Assembly: GCA_022711755.1 (NCBI GenBank)
Contig: JAKLEA010000002.1
Location: 325,214-389,213, forward strand
From: Planctomycetota bacterium
GTDB taxonomy: Bacteria; Planctomycetota; Brocadiia; SM23-32; JAKLEA01
Reading direction: 5' to 3'
Length of the DNA: 64,000 bases
Each line of letters opens with the position of its first letter. Positions within the stretch are counted from its first letter, which is position 1. Below, piece by piece: positions 60,041 through 64,000 of this stretch. The position numbers and the translations under genes are program-made. The notes below the pieces were generated by a model, which saw only the letters and a program-made list of their open reading frames with translations, ran no database searches and was not told where the DNA came from.

Positions 60041-60055
60041 GCAACTGCCGTGCCA
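60041..60055 (-). promoter_or_regulatory. Sigma54-type -24/-12 promoter (TGGCACG-gcag-TTGCG)
   Basis: Consensus match about 65 nt upstream of the STK-FHA start. The leader carries four UUCAU repeats (60001-60024). Confidence 0.55.
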
Positions 60056-60317
60056 GTTTGCGCTTTAAGGTATAAACATTCGGTGGAATTGCCGGGATGT
60101 TTATCGCAGACACATCATGCAGGAAAGGGAAGTCTGATGGATGGGCGATGTTTGATAAAAACTGCGCCGTCCGCAGGGCCGCAGGAGGGGGATCTATCGG
60201 TCATTCTGTCCGGTGCGGTAGCGGAATTGGCCGCGTGGTCATGAATCGGCAAGGCGCATTCCGCTTGTCAGCCATTCAGTAGCGAGCCGGTTTGTTCGAC
60301 AGATACCCGACCCGAAG

Positions 60318-60629
60318 GTGCGGGCTTGGTTCCGTGATGCCATATCGGCCATGTTCGATGACGTCAACAAGGCCGAGTCCCAGAGGCGCGGGATGCTCAA
60401 CAAGCGCCGCTCGGAGTTGATCAACATTCAGGACCGCCTGCTCAACGCTTTCCTGGGCGGGACAATCGAGGAGTCCGTCTACACCGCAAAGTCAAACGAC
60501 CTGAGAAATCAGTTGGAGGAGGTTGAGCGAAATCTTGAAGAGAACGGCGACAACAGAATCAGTAAGGAGAACGGCAGGCTGGCGTTGACGGTATTCGACT
60601 TCAGCCAGAATCTGGGGGGCATATGGTAA
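60318..60629 (+). pseudogene. Possible remnant of a large serine recombinase C-terminal coiled-coil region (or unrelated small ORF)
   Basis: RLLNAFLGGTIEESVYTAKSNDLRNQLEEVERNLEE resembles the L-x-x-[YF]-L-x-G-x-I-x-x-E-x-[YF]...coiled-coil segment of large serine recombinases. No catalytic domain lies upstream. GTG start. 350 bp from the 3' end of tRNA-Met. Confidence 0.2.
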
Positions 60630-60977
60630 AGTTCGAACTTGGCAACCTGGAAAGAGATACTGGAGTGCGTCACCAACTCATGCCAGGAAGCCCCCAAGCT
60701 TGTCTTGGGGGCGGAATGGCATCCTTTCAAGCAGGGGTTTTTAGGGGACGGCCAGTCCCCTAATCAGCGCCTGCTGCCGAATCCGAAGGGGGCTTTGCCT
60801 CCGAGAGGATTCGGCGTCATGCTGTTGCAGGCGATCAGCCGAACTTGTTCGGCTGCCGGAAGCCACCGAGCTTGCTCGGCGGTAGTTCACTTCTAACCGG
60901 CAACTCTTTGCCACAAATCTTTGCCTGACAAAGAGAAAGCCCTTCGACATACTCACCGAAGTTCGAAATCTGGACTA

Positions 60978-61054
60978 TGGTGGGCCCAGCTGGATTCGAA
61001 CCAGCGACACACGGATTATGAGTCCGCTGCTCTGACCGGCTGAGCTATGGGCCC
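60978..61054 (-). tRNA. tRNA-Met (anticodon CAT; elongator-type or tRNA-Ile2 not distinguishable)
   Basis: Reverse complement reads GGGCCCATAGCTCAGCCGGTCAGAGCAGCGGACTCATAATCCG...GGTTCGAATCCAGCTGGGCCCACCA. 7-bp acceptor stem, CAT anticodon flanked by U and A, T-loop GGTTCGAATCC, encoded CCA. Confidence 0.8.
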
Positions 61055-61388
61055 GGGCAGTCCACTTCAACAATTACCAACGCTTACACAAGCGCCTCGC
61101 TCTCCGCCGATGAAGACAAACGCTGAAAATACGACCGGCGAATATCAACGTTTGACGGAACGGGCTGAGCCGGATGTTCAGATCATCAACTGCCGGAAGT
61201 ATAATGCCCAAAGGCAATCCTTTCAAGCATTTGCATACCATTTCTATGCCAACGGTTGCCAGACTGAATTTATGTATGAAGATCCGGCAAGCTGACATTC
61301 TGACAGGATAGCTCGCTATCATCCCTCAATATTGCGAATAATGTCCCGGCAACTGCCTTTCTTCCTGCGGGAAGTATTATATCAATGC

Positions 61389-63854
61389 TCAGTCATTCCG
61401 GGTCAGGAGGATGCGAACCTTCCGTGGCGCATCGCATGGACTGTCAAGCGGGATATTGCAGGTGATATTCCACTTTCCAAGGTCAGCGTCGTAGCATGCC
61501 TGCCAGAAGTCATTTCCATGAACCGATTGATCCACGCGTTCAGCTTTCCCCTCCGCTGAGCATAGGATGGTATGATTCCTGTAACTGTCCAGTCCGGTAA
61601 AGGTGATGGGGACATAACCGGCCCCGCCGGAAACAAGAAGTTCGGCGCAGTTCCCTTCTGTCGCGATCTCCATGGGATAATGCCGGAGTATGCGCCCACG
61701 GAGCATTTCGATTTCAAGACTGTTGGAGGCCGCCTCACGATGAACCAATTTCCAGGTATCTGCGCCGTCAATGAGCGCGCGGCGCAGATTCTCGTTCGGA
61801 CCATAATATTCATCGCCTGACATCGGGATGATGACCATCTCAACCTCTGCCTCAATGAAATCCCCCGGAAGCAATTCAGCAACGCCGGGCGGGGGCGATA
61901 GCTCAACATTCATGCTTGGCGGCCCGTTTTCAGTGCCGAAACACGAGGCGAATGGATATGGGATATCCTTGCCGCCCAATACGGCTTTCCAGCGTCTGAC
62001 AATCAACCCCCGGTTGGCCCATGCTCCGCCCTTGACGTCCCGACTGATTGCGCGGTGGAGCGAGAACCATGGGGCTTCACCATCGCATGGGATTCCTGTC
62101 CGGTGATAATGTCTGCCCCCTCTCTGGCACGCCCATTCCTCAATCATGCCGCCTGCATTGCCCCGGGCGATCAGGTCAAACTGATGGTCGTTGTAGTTGT
62201 CAGCGCCAAGCTGGTAAAAAGCAATCCGGGTGAACCGCGTCGGCTTCATCACGTCGTAGCGAATCTTGTGAAATGCGCGGTTTATATCATCGCAACGCGG
62301 CGTTGATGCTTCAATACGGGCGGCGATGTTACCGTCCGCTGAGATTCCAGCGTAGATGACTTTCGTGAAATTCGGGCCATACGAGAGATAGGCCGTTTTC
62401 ACGCGCGCGAGGAACTGCTTCTCGCCCTTCGCGTCGAAGTAGACGAGGAAGTCGCCGCCGCCGACGTTATTGGTCCAGCCCCATTTCACCTTTTCCGCGT
62501 TCATCTGCCAGACCATGAGCGGACGCACATCGTCAATCATGGCCCTGTTGAGATTGACGTCGGGATCGTAGGTGATGGACTCGCCCCAACTTCCGATGGC
62601 AGCCTGGTCCCAGAGCTGGTTCATTCCCCAGCCGATGAGGCAGAGTTGCGCGTGAGACGCCGCCGGGACCCCCCCCCAGAGGGCGTATGTGACGTTGAAT
62701 TCAAGCGTCGTTCTGGATTTAGGCGGCAGGCGAAGTTGTGTGAAACCATGGAACCATGGGCCTTCATAGAGGAATCGCTTGTCGGGCTGGCGATGCCAGT
62801 TCTTGGAAATTTGCACTGGAATCCCTGTCGGATTGCCCTCATTGTCGCGCATCATCGGCGTCATGCCGGTTACGCCGGGGAACGGGTAATCCCGCGCGAA
62901 CAGCAGCCGCGCCGTGGCTGGATGCTCTTCGGCGTTTGACACGGTCAGCCTGATTCGATCAAGATGATCCGGGTCCTCACTGACAGACCAGTTCTCCTTC
63001 GGCAACTCGATGCGATGCCAGCCGCGTTTCGCGTCATGCTTTGTATCAAGCGTTTCGTGATTCCCCCTTATGTCAACAGCTTCGACCGTTGCCGGCTCGT
63101 CCGAGCCGGAGACGGCGCAGGGAAGCAACTTCATCCCGCATGCATATTGCAGTCCTGATTTCCAGTCGGTGGATTCTCCCCTGCCGGTTGAGTCTGAGAT
63201 GTCGGCGTTGAGGGCGCATAGCCCTATCTCGATCCGCGACTGGGGAAGGTCTTTATGCGGTGTGATCTCAAGTATTACCGATGCCTGATCGGGCCATGCG
63301 ACAATCTCCAGCCGGCCTTCGGCGGGCAGAAGGTTCCCGTTGTCGTCCTCAAATTCGAGCCGGCGGATGTCCGCTCGTTGGACGAATCGTCCGCTCTCGA
63401 TTATGCGGACCGGATAATCCAGCCAGTCGTTCTGCCCGACTGCTCCCCGCCTGCAGCGATACCTCGCGCCGCCGGCATGAACATCAAGCGCCAGTTCCGA
63501 CCTCGGCATGTTGAAGATTGTGGAATTGTCTTCGGCAGCCGCTTCTTCATAAGACTTGGGCGCGCGAATGATCCCGAGGTTGAGCAACTCAACCCTCTCA
63601 ACGTCCAGCGCCAGACCGTAATGTCCCGTCTGGATGCAGAGGACCTTTCGGGCGTCCGGCGAGCGTCCGCGCCATCCGTATGCCCACCACATGAGCGAAT
63701 AATCACGAGCGCCAGGCATGCACTCGCCTGGCGAGAGTTCTTTCAGATGCATGGAAGATATCCCAATGCCGTCCTGCGCAGGCAGAATGGATGCGAAGGC
63801 GGCAAGAAACATGGCAACAGCAGCGATGCGCGCAGTTGTCAGCGCCTGCCCCAT
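61389..63854 (-). CDS. Large secreted protein of unknown function (signal peptide; possible glycan-active enzyme)
   Basis: N-terminal signal MGQALTTARIAAVAMFLAAFASILPAQD. 821 aa with no recognisable catalytic motifs by eye. Confidence 0.5.
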   Translation of the reverse strand: MGQALTTARIAAVAMFLAAFASILPAQDGIGISSMHLKELSPGECMPGARDYSLMWWAYGWRGRSPDARKVLCIQTGHYGLALDVERVELLNLGIIRAPKSYEEAAAEDNSTIFNMPRSELALDVHAGGARYRCRRGAVGQNDWLDYPVRIIESGRFVQRADIRRLEFEDDNGNLLPAEGRLEIVAWPDQASVILEITPHKDLPQSRIEIGLCALNADISDSTGRGESTDWKSGLQYACGMKLLPCAVSGSDEPATVEAVDIRGNHETLDTKHDAKRGWHRIELPKENWSVSEDPDHLDRIRLTVSNAEEHPATARLLFARDYPFPGVTGMTPMMRDNEGNPTGIPVQISKNWHRQPDKRFLYEGPWFHGFTQLRLPPKSRTTLEFNVTYALWGGVPAASHAQLCLIGWGMNQLWDQAAIGSWGESITYDPDVNLNRAMIDDVRPLMVWQMNAEKVKWGWTNNVGGGDFLVYFDAKGEKQFLARVKTAYLSYGPNFTKVIYAGISADGNIAARIEASTPRCDDINRAFHKIRYDVMKPTRFTRIAFYQLGADNYNDHQFDLIARGNAGGMIEEWACQRGGRHYHRTGIPCDGEAPWFSLHRAISRDVKGGAWANRGLIVRRWKAVLGGKDIPYPFASCFGTENGPPSMNVELSPPPGVAELLPGDFIEAEVEMVIIPMSGDEYYGPNENLRRALIDGADTWKLVHREAASNSLEIEMLRGRILRHYPMEIATEGNCAELLVSGGAGYVPITFTGLDSYRNHTILCSAEGKAERVDQSVHGNDFWQACYDADLGKWNITCNIPLDSPCDAPRKVRILLTRND

Positions 63855-64000
63855 GACTGACTCCCGGACAACGAGTTAACGTGCATTTCAGCGCGAATGC
63901 GAATTCCCATAGCTTGGATTCTCATGTCTGATTAGCCGGTTGTGCAAACGAAAATGCAATATATGGCGAGAAAATTCCGATCGGCATCTATCAATTATGA

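Noticed and set aside
60625-60650. GTTCGAA-containing segment considered as a partial direct repeat of the tRNA-Met T-arm (att site)
   Set aside because: Only a 7-mer matches. It is not distinguishable from chance.
1-64000. CRISPR arrays, rRNA genes, intact transposases, integrases or prophage genes
   Set aside because: No regularly spaced direct repeats, no rRNA-like segments, and no intact mobile-element proteins were recognisable by eye. Only a doubtful recombinase remnant near tRNA-Met.

Overview
High-GC (about 63%) bacterial chromosomal window. The gene content suggests the PVC superphylum or a relative: an H-X9-DG/prepilin-type pseudopilin, a PEP-CTERM protein, many eukaryotic-like Ser/Thr kinases with FHA domains, and sigma54-type promoters. 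In order, the window contains: a partial FmdE-like gene next to a ZnuABC-type metal uptake operon; a pseudopilin-like gene and a PEP-CTERM gene with a near-consensus sigma70 promoter; an amino-sugar nucleotide cassette (NTP-transferase/LbH plus a DegT aminotransferase) beside two tandem paralogous GT-C(PMT/TMTC-like)+TPR membrane proteins; tRNA-Arg; a fadA2-fabG4-htdX-like thiolase/HMW-reductase/double-hotdog triad; a TolB-like propeller; a 1662-aa hybrid histidine kinase; a glycan-related block (B12-radical SAM, YfhO-like GT-C, BNR sialidase-like, membrane GT-C-like, Gfo/Idh/MocA, GH29-like); and then about 26 kb of signalling genes (34.6-60.0 kb). The signalling array includes four large PAS/GAF hybrid histidine kinases, an NtrB/NtrC-like pair with a sigma54 activator, a 994-aa WD40-Roc(Ras-like GTPase)-COR-like protein, two eSTK-like proteins whose catalytic HRD is replaced by HG[NG] (predicted pseudokinases; one carries an FHA domain), a REC protein with an unassigned C-terminal domain (DUF4388-like) translationally coupled to a pseudokinase and a 1440-aa HK-REC-REC-Hpt protein, and a bona fide STK-FHA. 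Four near-identical -24/-12 (TGGCAYG-N4-TTGCG) elements sit upstream of these sensor genes. The window ends with a tRNA-Met flanked by a possible serine-recombinase remnant and a large secreted protein. There are no CRISPR arrays, rRNA genes or intact mobile elements. Most overlapping antisense ORFs in the track are high-GC artefacts.
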